Source: Candidatus Omnitrophica bacterium UBA6253 (GTDB taxonomy: Bacteria; Omnitrophota; Gorgyraeia; Gygaellales; Profunditerraquicolaceae). Taken from it: a DNA stretch of 51,294 bases. Numbering within the stretch: position 1 is the stretch's first letter; the number at the start of each line of letters is the position of its first letter. This document shows positions 10,501 through 15,690 of the stretch, in pieces. Position numbers and translations under genes: made by a program. Below the pieces are notes generated by a model, which was given only the letters and a program-made list of their open reading frames with translations, ran no database searches and had not been told where the DNA came from. Location: the NCBI GenBank assembly GCA_002441245.1, contig DJVP01000011.1, positions 1 through 51,294 on the forward strand. Reading direction: 5' to 3'.

Positions 10501-12668
10501 ATAATACGGTATGGGAGGACAGGACAGGTTTGAGCTGTTCTTCATCTATTAAGAATGCCGGGGTTGATGCCGATGATATCGTACTCTATTATTATCCCGG
10601 GCACTTGTACCAGACTACCTGGTCAAGAGACGCCTATCTGGATGCTACTGTTCAGCCTTCTCCTTGGACAGCCGATACCGATGGCAAAGAGGTGACTATA
10701 ACATTAGCTACCCAACTGGTGACAAAAACAAGGACAGTATATTCCTCTGTAACATATGATGCCTCAACTGATATTTTAAGCATACAATGCTGGCTGCAAG
10801 AAGAGGAAAAACTCCTTACTGAAATAGCCGGTTTGCAGGGTTGTTTGATAATAGTTTATGATGATAACGATGCGCAGATTAAAACTTTTGAATATGACGC
10901 TTCAGAATCAGATGCCAGCGGTGTCTTCTGGACGAAATGGGAGCATCCCGGGCTTGAAACTAGTAAGTCTTATTTTGTGCGTTTCAGGATCCAGTTTGAA
11001 GGGGCATTCCATTACGGCGGCAAGACCTTTGAAATAAGCTCAGCTTCGCAGATTGAGAATATTGCCGAATCAGTAAATTCAGGTGTGATTGCTATTACGT
11101 CAGCAATCTCGGAAAGTTCCGCGCAGATAAAGGCAAAAATTGAAGAGACAGCTACTGAGACCCAGAATAAAGTAGCTGAAACCGTTAACTCCGCTAAGAC
11201 ATCGATAGAGAGCAAGGTTACTGTTATCGGCGAGGAAAATAAGGCGGCGATTAATAATGCTGCTACTACGATAAAAGAAAATGTCAGCAGGGAAGCATCA
11301 AGCCGGATAGTAAATGAAGAGAGTTTTATAAAATCAGGAAAAACCTTAAAAATAAAATATAAAGTTGATTCCGGTTTAGAGCTGTCTCCAGAGATAGATG
11401 TATATGACCCTGAAAATAAACAGCGCATATCTAAGGGGGTAATGAGCGAGATTGGGACTACGGGAGTATATGAATATGACCTTACTTTCTTAACTGCCTG
11501 GGGTACGGGATCATTTTCCATCGTTTGTTCAGAATCGACATATGGGACAATTGACGGAATAAGCATAGAGGTAGTAAAGGCAGACTTAGAAGATATCAAT
11601 AGCGCCGCGGTTGTATCCATGTCGCAGTTGTCTAATATCGATACCGATGAGATGAAGAATTTATCTAGCAGTATCGGCATTGTCAGCTCCAGCATAGAGA
11701 AGATTGTAGGTACAATGACTGATTTAGGTTCAATGAGCAATAAGATCTCTGCATTGACAAACGATATCCAGAAGACCGTTTTTGAGCAACTTTCTGTTGC
11801 TTCAGACAAAATGAAAGAGATAGCAAAGCAGCAAAGCGTCAAAATAGACAAAATGATTGATGTGTCTGAGAAGGGCCGGGAGGATGTAAATTATCTTAAG
11901 AAAAAGACTCTGGAGATTAAGGCAACCGCAGAACTTACCAATGAGATAATTCAAAGGTCTAACGATAAGCCGATAAACAAGAGCTGGCTTGAGCCTGGAA
12001 GCATATTAATGAACGCGATGGTGGTCAATCCTTCAACCTCAAAGAGCCAGACTGCTATGCTTAAGGCTTATTTGCCCGTTGAGAGTAAACCCGAAGATAT
12101 AGTGAATTTGGGCGATCTTTCCGTAAGTTACGATGTCCAGGAGAACCTTTATTACGTATTTAAAGAGTTTACCCTTGGCCCCGGAGAAGTAGCTAAACGT
12201 CAGATAGAGCTCAAAGATGTATGGGTAATATCTGAAAAAGAATTAAATGCGAACCTGGAGAGAATTAATGAAATGCTCCAGGATTTAAAGGGCAGTTCTT
12301 TCTACGATAGGGCCTCTGTTATAAAAGGTACCATCCAAACTAGAGTTGATCAAATCCTGGATGCTCAGAAAAAGGCCATTGATGCATTGCCCGATACCCA
12401 CATTGCCGTCTATAGAGCCAATATGCAGATTCTAAATACAATTAAAGATGATCTGGCCAGGGTAGAGGCTATGCTGCTTCAAGCTAAGCCTGCTGTTGGC
12501 CTTGCATTTAATAAAGTATTTGTTAAGACCAGCTGGTGGATAATCCTGTTGGTGGTTGTTTTTCTGGGAGTACTTTCATTCGGACTTTTTATTGTATGGC
12601 ACAAACAGGCAAAGATTGCGCAGATAGAAAAGAAAACCGAGAAGGCTGAAGAACCAATAGATCAATGA
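1..12668 (+). CDS. Giant repeat-rich, C-terminally membrane-anchored fibre/adhesin-like protein. It is 5'-partial and exceeds 4,220 aa within the window.
   Basis: The track ORF is 108..12668. Frame 3 is open from nt 3, and residues encoded by 3..107 (GTITGVTTTAGTLTSVSGTPVNYAAGATTQYVFNF) continue the repeat consensus, so Met-108 is internal and the true start lies upstream of the window. The composition is Thr/Ser/Ala/Gly/Val-rich and Cys-poor. A single hydrophobic helix followed by a Lys/Glu tail sits at the extreme C-terminus. Confidence 0.9.
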   Translation, partial: GTITGVTTTAGTLTSVSGTPVNYAAGATTQYVFNFMPANDVAVGGYLKIEFNSEYSLTGAYLISPSAKYSISSKTGNIIILNVLEQALASSSQSISIGGIVNPGREKTGIKFTLTTLTSGSAVIDTAQSAAINITTGLLTSASVNASTYTTYDLATYTFSFTTVNALDVGGKVEITFDADYDVSGAVFTYGNDGSALSVSGRVVTITLGTAIPKQESVSLAISEIRNPGVQSTDSYSIVTKDSTDVKVDTGTISGKVITGGSMSATSVVAGSTQPAVSTSYTFAFTPDHVIPASGYVKIVFDSDYVLDYTSVQTAGYASNAGPGYVLLTNTSGDDLSGARTIVLLNVKNPSSVEEPTDNFYLTTMTQNQDTIDTKSITGITMTPSPITVSSISTVSTEVSALTSYTIRITPIHTIPIGGKVLITFDSDYNLTNIGSGDVSGNSSTASVSGSTLTVTLGEIASQGSVLTLIVSNVQNPSYVQTTDEFSVITKDASGGKLDSGNITGVTMTEGQLTGLSATPADTTLDATTNYLFQFTPEHTIPLNGYVKISFDADFNLSDAYSGNSSYSVISIGSGYILLKALAEKSTAQSLQILNIRNPSYVQTTDVFSITTQNTNQKNIDTGNAAGITTTAGLLAVNSVSQVSTQAGATTSYTFVFTTVHAVAAGGKVEITFDSDYVLTSVTAYNVSGIANSTVAVSGNKLIVTTGAEVSAGAQVSLIISNIKNPAYVQTTGAFMIDTKNSSGGILDSGSIAGINITAGSLSSVSVTPVSTEVAKSTDYTFAFTAEHSLPSGGYVQIQFDSAYDLTTAIVLTSGYSLITRGSDYLRLQSSDENSGSVSIALRNIINPHYVTTTSAFTIITQTTGGDTIDMGTCNGVTTTAASLISASASAALSEVSAQGEYTFVITPQHDIPVNGKIRITFDSDYNVSEVGTGDAACSGGSATVQVSAKTLILTLGYELAGGTEEGIVISKIKNPSFVQTTSNFAIQTRDDQDRIINQGSASGIAITAGTMTAVSVSADSLVAGYTTNYTFNFTPSHAVNAGGYVVIDFDSAYDASSGYVVSPLSTFSLVSRSANKITLNTLEVLPAGTAQTVVIGTIVNPGSVKQVTFNIATQNSTQNTVDSVVSPAISTQAAPMAAISLTASNLVALDTSTYTFGFTTVNSIDVGGKIEITFDAEYDLTQATYTSGLIGGSTSLVATMALSGSKLILTTNTAVGTQKSVSVVLSNIKNPGVQIVDNFAMLTKDSTGRELDQGSASGVSIIAGSLTGLSVAADSTEISKSATYSFSFTVAHSVPVDGYVKLSFDNEYSFTNANVLSAGYVIVDRQSTFILLKRSAQLIGSNTLQLSNIVNPSYVQTTDPFVITTQLSDNKVIDTGTTQSVSITPGILTQTSAVAVNPLISATSVYNFSFVTSHAIETGGKVVITLDDDYDLSLVSVGSQDVSGTGTPAIESVDGKKINILLSSGVAAAATVSLSISDINNPAYVQTTSSFLLQTKTASGAVKDEGAATGITTTAGALTGITIAPGSSIAGARTDYTFTFTPAHQVGQYGYLRIDLNSQYDANIAYVISPTATFEISEKSANYVVVKTLSALAAGTAYTLRLGSIDNPGRSMDVTFTLTTKTSSGSTIDTGISSTLHITPAPMQSASISANSLVATQITTYTVSFVPINAIEAGGRVEITFDADYVLTGVNSVTGYDASIAVADNVLIITLNTGLEAGAACSFTIPNIKNPGAQTTDAYSLVTKDSTSTSLDEGTIAGKVITAGSLSSLSVSAMSYEVMGTSESTTYTFSFTCQNAIPVNGYIKIGFDADYSLDNAVNQSAQYLISSKGADYLLIKTTQERTGACTIQLSGIRNPSYVQTTNNFTVATQLPAQQNIDVGTIGGITTTAGSLSGLSVTTTNSKIAESAVYTFNFTAEHAIAVGGKVAISLDSDYNLTSVSSTDVSGNTGSTVAVSGADLVITLGEQVFALDSVSLTVSNIVNPSYVKTSADFIFKTKNPENGLIDEGVASGVTFEPGILEAVNVSATNLQVNSQSTYTFTFTPAHAIPSGGYIKIDLDNDFNIDGAYLYLVSGYSFEKNLTDIYFTLQPNSAKPAGTPLTISIAGIINPPYGQITDDFTINTQAVNQSGIDSGTVSGVEITAGQLSGVSVSAAGNNYVVGEQTSYTVSFTTVNAIDAGGKVKITFDADYGFALDGTVSGNSGATVAVSGNIVTVTLGEAVAANQAVSLTMGVLTNPGYAQTTEEFSIKTYDAADNALDSGKASGRDITIGALTGLAVSSSSLSVLNADTKLTFNFNAAHTIPRDGFIKIALDSDYSIVSPYIKSSTGANLTLLTAAGSQDGYLLFKLNAAATGAMSVEVGGLTNPPYEQTTSDFVVTTMYTGEQSIDTGTISGLAITSGALVISSVSCLDNYAGATTEYTIDFTAVHSIPVTSKIEIVFDSNYGLTNASLSSPAGGLTISASTLSISLDAGAAVSSNVSLKIAGILNPGYSQTTDSFKVTVKNIDGNIVDKGEHAGIAILPTQIQFITPAAGDVYSVGDSRSIKWQVTGGNISRTSSHWLVQFSTDANFTSPITVHEGLASVDGDNNLYFVLSVDSSMLSEVVYLRVSCIDNLYTDVAATSGQFSIRPVAAFVGFVAPASAVKWAIGSSNTIEWSTQGAISNNFKIEYFAGNTWTTIYEEGVSGSASVTKAAGAHWYEDDWSYSWTVPQAANLPDSGAVIRVTNSDNSIVTGVSEEFEIATAYIKITSPTEGITWVRTETNNITWEGQGESGTRFSIQYSDTANAITTELYNGSIERTLSEGKWLYSYPWVLSAELEPTDTAAIIITNLDDSGIADTSAIFSVNASGKLEITAPVAGDKWVIGAKYTIKWTSDGQSLSSSSIRITYTADGVAETLITNSTSNTGSKDFTCPSTALSNVKVHLYQINGDVTAESGVFSFVAVPSLQFVSPVANDNWVASFTKEIKWSGVGGGLTQMLVIKYSTDGGSTYPNTIFNYTTDSYEEKISSVVSGTVTNYTLAWPVPINYSNNVKIKIEDMGIMRLVSGSYVPLSVVSGKFSITAPFATIAQPAGGEGWIAGTEHDIIWSETGSLGKDIKISYSVDGGLTYPYVIFQNSTGDSAIYDNYIIPVNSSLSYKWTVPNTISTQCRIKIEGLTNSGSGTSLANFSIKLPIITITSPVSTDLWSIYDTGKLISWTNTGNVSEHLKIEYFKDASTSKVILADVNGTATSYSWDITEDYKSYVSDSGWIKITDLNAETTFGQPLTAVSEAFVLSLPGFEINVPASPLITGSSYNITWQGIGMYSECSTDPSNTIRLEYGVGDNPTWITISASTQNDGSYENWVVPDKHSSDVKFRITNNTWSFITGISEPFKIMGSLSITSPAAGTKLFVGQEQMMEWSTNGTINKVNLYYSKNNGSTWNAIATDTTNNGYYMWTIPDAVLVDRSPNSSVYFKVEDATDSAVYINRQYTISYYKVTWNVIDADGLVGDLDGLSVNTLDVTNNNTVWEDRTGLSCSSSIKNAGVDADDIVLYYYPGHLYQTTWSRDAYLDATVQPSPWTADTDGKEVTITLATQLVTKTRTVYSSVTYDASTDILSIQCWLQEEEKLLTEIAGLQGCLIIVYDDNDAQIKTFEYDASESDASGVFWTKWEHPGLETSKSYFVRFRIQFEGAFHYGGKTFEISSASQIENIAESVNSGVIAITSAISESSAQIKAKIEETATETQNKVAETVNSAKTSIESKVTVIGEENKAAINNAATTIKENVSREASSRIVNEESFIKSGKTLKIKYKVDSGLELSPEIDVYDPENKQRISKGVMSEIGTTGVYEYDLTFLTAWGTGSFSIVCSESTYGTIDGISIEVVKADLEDINSAAVVSMSQLSNIDTDEMKNLSSSIGIVSSSIEKIVGTMTDLGSMSNKISALTNDIQKTVFEQLSVASDKMKEIAKQQSVKIDKMIDVSEKGREDVNYLKKKTLEIKATAELTNEIIQRSNDKPINKSWLEPGSILMNAMVVNPSTSKSQTAMLKAYLPVESKPEDIVNLGDLSVSYDVQENLYYVFKEFTLGPGEVAKRQIELKDVWVISEKELNANLERINEMLQDLKGSSFYDRASVIKGTIQTRVDQILDAQKKAIDALPDTHIAVYRANMQILNTIKDDLARVEAMLLQAKPAVGLAFNKVFVKTSWWIILLVVVFLGVLSFGLFIVWHKQAKIAQIEKKTEKAEEPIDQ
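7566..10412 (+). repeat. Second in-frame tandem array: about 9 modules of roughly 95-115 aa with consensus I[TV][SA]P..G..W..G....I.W...G......I.Y
   Basis: Module starts were read from the translation: IQFITPAAGDVYSVG, VGFVAPASAVKWAIG, IKITSPTEGITWV, LEITAPVAGDKWVIG, LQFVSPVANDNWV, IAQPAGGEGWIAG, ITITSPVSTDLWS, FEINVPASPLITG and LSITSPAAGTKLFVG. Each ends in F.I/F.V. Boundaries are approximate. Confidence 0.7.
11030..12530 (+). other. Ser/Ala/Glu/Lys/Ile-rich, largely helical (coiled-coil-like) stalk with embedded beta segments, lying between the repeats and the TM anchor
   Basis: The translation contains long runs such as SAISESSAQIKAKIEETATETQNKVAETVNSAKTSIESKV and MKNLSSSIGIVSSSIEKIVGTMTDLGSMSNKISALTNDIQKTVFEQLSVASDKMKEIAKQQ. 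No Pro/Gly-rich breaks are present. The secondary structure is judged by eye only. Confidence 0.45.
12531..12596 (+). other. C-terminal transmembrane anchor of the giant protein
   Basis: The 22 hydrophobic residues SWWIILLVVVFLGVLSFGLFIV are followed by the charged tail WHKQAKIAQIEKKTEKAEEPIDQ. By the positive-inside rule the tail is cytoplasmic and the bulk of the protein lies outside the membrane. Confidence 0.75.
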
Positions 12669-12760
12669 GGGGGTTAGATTAATTGCCTCAATCTGCAGGC
12701 GTTTATGCAATAAAGATGCATTTTGGTTTTTAAGAAAAGAAAGGGGGCGTTCCTAAAATA

Positions 12761-12778
12761 AGGGGGCACCCCTCTTTT
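12761..12778 (+). terminator. Weak intrinsic-terminator-like hairpin downstream of the giant ORF
   Basis: AGGGG-GCA-CCCCT forms a 5-bp GC stem with a 3-nt loop, followed by CTTTT. The stem is short. Confidence 0.3.
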
Positions 12779-12792
12779 AGTGTGTTTTCCCT

Positions 12793-12807
12793 TAAGGTGC
12801 TTGATTT
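12793..12807 (+). promoter_or_regulatory. Copy 1 of a 15-nt motif, TAAGGTGCTTGATTT, that also occurs at 14890..14904
   Basis: The exact 15-mer occurs in two short intergenic regions. This copy overlaps the -35-like TTGATT element. Confidence 0.4.
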
Positions 12808-12829
12808 AAAATTTTTAATATGGTAAAAT
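12801..12829 (+). promoter_or_regulatory. Sigma70-like promoter upstream of the peptidase gene
   Basis: TTGATT (12801-12806), a 17-nt spacer, then TAAAAT (12824-12829), lying 39 nt upstream of ATG 12868. Confidence 0.45.
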
Positions 12830-12867
12830 TTATTGGGTATTTTAATTGTTTATGATGGCATAACTTT

Positions 12868-13653
12868 ATGCTGATAAGAAATAAAATATGGGTTAATTGG
12901 GCATTATTGAGCAGTTTTTTATTTATCCCTTTGCAAGCTGATGCTGCAACCGATACCTGGAATAATATAGAAAAGAGTAAGCACTTTATCATTTATTATC
13001 AGGATGCATCTGCTGAATATATTAACCGGCTGGTTAGAGAGGCGGAACATTATTATAAGAATATTACTCAATACTTAGGGTTTGTGAGATTTGATTTTTG
13101 GATTTGGGATAATCGTTGTAAAATATTTCTTTATCCGGACGCCGAGACGTATTTAGGGACTACTGGAGTTGTTTATTGGTCAAGGGGGCATGTCCAGATT
13201 AAAACGAAAGAAATCAGCACTTATATTTGGCAGGAAATGTTCTTTGATACAATTCTTCCGCATGAGATTGGCCATATAATATTCAGGGAGTTTGTCGGTT
13301 ATAACAAGGCATTGCCTCTTTGGCTTGATGAAGGGGTGGCATGTATGCAGGAATATGAAAGTAAGGACCGTCTGGCAACCGCTAAATGCCTGGTAAGCTT
13401 GAAATTATACACGCATTTAACTGATCTGGCTACGATTAAAGATTCAAGCGTAATTATACCGTTTATTTTTTACAACGAGTCAGCCAGCATAGTGGATTTT
13501 CTCTTAAGGAGGTTCGGCAGGAATAAATTTGTAGATTTCTGCCGTTCTTTGCGGGATGAGCCTAATTGGGAACAATCCCTTAAAGGCGTATACAGGATAA
13601 AAGGCATGGAAGAATTAGAAAAACTTTGGGTTGCGGATTTAACTGAAAATTAA
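12868..13653 (+). CDS. Secreted gluzincin-type zinc metallopeptidase (peptidase MA-like)
   Basis: The N-terminal signal-like segment WALLSSFLFIPLQADA is present. HEIGH lies at nt 13261-13275, and a Glu (WLDEG, nt 13330-13332) follows exactly 18 residues after the second His, giving HEXXH-X18-E. Confidence 0.7.
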   Translation: MLIRNKIWVNWALLSSFLFIPLQADAATDTWNNIEKSKHFIIYYQDASAEYINRLVREAEHYYKNITQYLGFVRFDFWIWDNRCKIFLYPDAETYLGTTGVVYWSRGHVQIKTKEISTYIWQEMFFDTILPHEIGHIIFREFVGYNKALPLWLDEGVACMQEYESKDRLATAKCLVSLKLYTHLTDLATIKDSSVIIPFIFYNESASIVDFLLRRFGRNKFVDFCRSLRDEPNWEQSLKGVYRIKGMEELEKLWVADLTEN

Positions 13654-13717
13654 AATCCGGTTTTTTAAGCGTTAGCAAAGATTTGTTTATTCAAGAAGAT
13701 AACAGGAGGTTCAGGTT

Positions 13718-14629
13718 ATGAAGAATGATGTAAAAGCCCGGGAATTCAATATTTTAGTCGTTGAGGATGATGAAAGGACATTTAAAACCATAAAAGACGG
13801 CTTGATAAATCCGGAATATAAACTGCATCGGGTGACTACGGGACAGGAGGCGATCAACCTGGCCAAAGAAGGCTATTTTGTCGCTATTATTACCGAGATG
13901 CAGATCGGGGATATGAATGGGATTGAGTTAATCCGCCGGCTTAAGAAAATAGATCAGCGGATTAATATAATCGGTCTGACCGTTTATGCCTTTGTTAATC
14001 TAGCGGTGGAGGCAATGAAGGAAGGTGTCTATTCTTATCTGATGAAACCGATCAATACGGAAGAGTTGAATTTAGTTTTGAGGCGGGCGATAGAGAATAC
14101 CTTTCTTTTGATACAGGCAGGGCAAAGGAAATATTATCAGGATATCGCTACTATGGATGGCTTGACCGGTGTTTATAACCATCGCCATTTTCACGAAATG
14201 CTGGATTGGAATATTTCGCATTTGAACCGTTCCCCGCAAGCCTTCTCGCTTTTTATTACCGATATTGATGATTTTAAGAAATATAATGATACTCATGGCC
14301 ATGTAGAGGGGGATAAGATATTACATAATTTCGCTCAGCTATTAGTCAGTTCTACCAGGGATAATGATATGGTGTTTAGATATGGAGGGGAGGAGTTCGC
14401 TGTAATTTTGTCGCAGACAGACCAGTTTAGCGCCCAGAAGGCCGGGGAGAGGCTGCTGGTAATAGTAAGGAGCCGGATGCCTATTACCATGAGCGTAGGT
14501 TTAGCCAGTTTTCCATTGAATGCCCAGATTAAAAGCGAGTTAGTCATACGCGCTGACAAAGCGCTTTACCGGGCTAAAAAAACAGGTAAAAACAGGTTAT
14601 GCACATTTGACGAGAAAATAGACATATGA
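13718..14629 (+). CDS. Response-regulator receiver fused to a GGDEF diguanylate cyclase (GGEEF active site, RxxD I-site); receiver has Glu at the phospho-acceptor position
   Basis: An AGGAGG Shine-Dalgarno precedes the ATG. The receiver shows ILVVEDDE, GLTVYA and LMKP. The GGDEF domain shows YNHRHF, DIDDFKKYNDTHGH, RDND followed by 5 aa and then GGEEF (nt 14384-14398). Residue 60 (nt 13895-13897) is Glu where CheY has Asp57. Confidence 0.85.
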   Translation: MKNDVKAREFNILVVEDDERTFKTIKDGLINPEYKLHRVTTGQEAINLAKEGYFVAIITEMQIGDMNGIELIRRLKKIDQRINIIGLTVYAFVNLAVEAMKEGVYSYLMKPINTEELNLVLRRAIENTFLLIQAGQRKYYQDIATMDGLTGVYNHRHFHEMLDWNISHLNRSPQAFSLFITDIDDFKKYNDTHGHVEGDKILHNFAQLLVSSTRDNDMVFRYGGEEFAVILSQTDQFSAQKAGERLLVIVRSRMPITMSVGLASFPLNAQIKSELVIRADKALYRAKKTGKNRLCTFDEKIDI

Positions 14630-14838
14630 AAAACTTAACGATTATCCTGATAATGTTGATCAGTACCTTAGGCCCGTCGGCGGTAATCGCGGCGGTAGGT
14701 TTTTCCGGGGTTAAGGCCATTGGCAGGAATCCTTCAGCAGCACCCAAGATTTTAATTTCCATGGTACTGGCATTTATTTTTGCTGAAGCCATAGCCGTAA
14801 TCGGGCTTTTGGTCGTATATAATTTATTCGGACAGTAA
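14626..14838 (+). CDS. atpE: F-type ATPase subunit c (proteolipid)
   Basis: This 70-aa two-helix hairpin has a GRNPS polar loop (R-N/Q-P type) and a membrane-embedded carboxylate in FAEAIAVIGLLV. Its ATG overlaps the GGDEF stop codon (ATGA). Confidence 0.8.
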   Translation: MKNLTIILIMLISTLGPSAVIAAVGFSGVKAIGRNPSAAPKILISMVLAFIFAEAIAVIGLLVVYNLFGQ

Positions 14839-14889
14839 GGGGCTATCCTTGTTCGTTTTACTCGCAAGGAAAGCGCTAGATAAAAACTA

Positions 14890-14904
14890 TAAGGTGCTTG
14901 ATTT
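14890..14904 (+). promoter_or_regulatory. Copy 2 of the TAAGGTGCTTGATTT motif, in the c/b-delta intergenic gap
   Basis: The 15-mer is identical to the one at 12793..12807. No properly spaced -10 element follows this copy. A 6-bp hairpin (TCCTTG..CAAGGA, about 14850-14873) lies just upstream. Confidence 0.35.
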
Positions 14905-14931
14905 GGGCAATAAAAATAAAGAGGAGCCTAT

Positions 14932-15690
14932 ATGCTGGTATGGCAGATAATTCTTATTCAAATAGCTACTTTTACTTTAATTGTTTTATTTTTACGCTGG
15001 TTGCTTTATAGCCACATCAGCCGCGCCCTGGAGAGGTTGCAGAAGTTAAATCAACAAAACCTGGAGAAAGAAAAGGTGCTCAAGGAGGAATTTGAGCGGG
15101 CAAGAAAACAGGCGGAGATCGAGATCCAACAGGGTAAGGTTGAGGCTGAGAGCATAAAAGAACAGGCAAAAGAGGATGGAGAAAAGACAAGAAGGAATTT
15201 GCTTGAGGCTTCTAAAGAAGAAGCAAAACGAATTGTTAGTGAAGGGATCAGGGACAGCCAGAGAAAATATAATGATTTACTTCTGGAGATGCAGGATAAA
15301 TCGGTATACCTGGCAGTTGATATTATAAAATATATTTTTACAGAAAGGATCCGTCAGGTCATACATATCCAGGTTATTGATGAATTGATAGATGATGTAG
15401 CCGGGCTGGATAAAGAAAAGATACGGGCCCAGGGGGATAAGGCAGAGATTGTTTGCGCCTACCCCTTAGGGGCGGATCAGAAACAGCGATTACAGCAGGC
15501 CTTATCTAATAAGTTAGAGCGCAATATTGTATTAGAGGAGACGGTTGACCCGGAGGTCGTCGGAGGCCTGATTATACGCTTAAGCGGATTTGTGGTTATT
15601 GACGGCAGTATCAAAAATAAATTTAAAAGAATAGTGCCGATAATGAAAGATAAAGCCAGGGCTGGTGTTGAACAGGCGGAGAAAGGTTAA
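14932..15690 (+). CDS. F-type ATPase stator subunit: b fused to the C-terminal domain of delta (OSCP)
   Basis: The N-terminal TM segment IILIQIATFTLIVLFLRWLL is followed by a charged helix typical of subunit b. The C-terminus (AEIVCAYPLGADQKQRLQQALSNKLERNIVLEETVDPEVVGGLIIRLSGFVVIDGSIKNKFKRI) matches the delta/OSCP C-terminal consensus. A GAGGAG Shine-Dalgarno is present. Confidence 0.7.
   Translation: MLVWQIILIQIATFTLIVLFLRWLLYSHISRALERLQKLNQQNLEKEKVLKEEFERARKQAEIEIQQGKVEAESIKEQAKEDGEKTRRNLLEASKEEAKRIVSEGIRDSQRKYNDLLLEMQDKSVYLAVDIIKYIFTERIRQVIHIQVIDELIDDVAGLDKEKIRAQGDKAEIVCAYPLGADQKQRLQQALSNKLERNIVLEETVDPEVVGGLIIRLSGFVVIDGSIKNKFKRIVPIMKDKARAGVEQAEKG

Noticed and set aside
11012-11851. A 279-aa ORF on the minus strand inside the giant gene
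   Set aside because: It lies entirely antisense to the Ser/Ala/Glu/Lys-rich helical region of the giant ORF. Its translation is low-complexity (Ser/Ile/Leu/Phe-rich) with no motif, start context or Shine-Dalgarno. This is the typical shadow ORF of a compositionally biased coding region.
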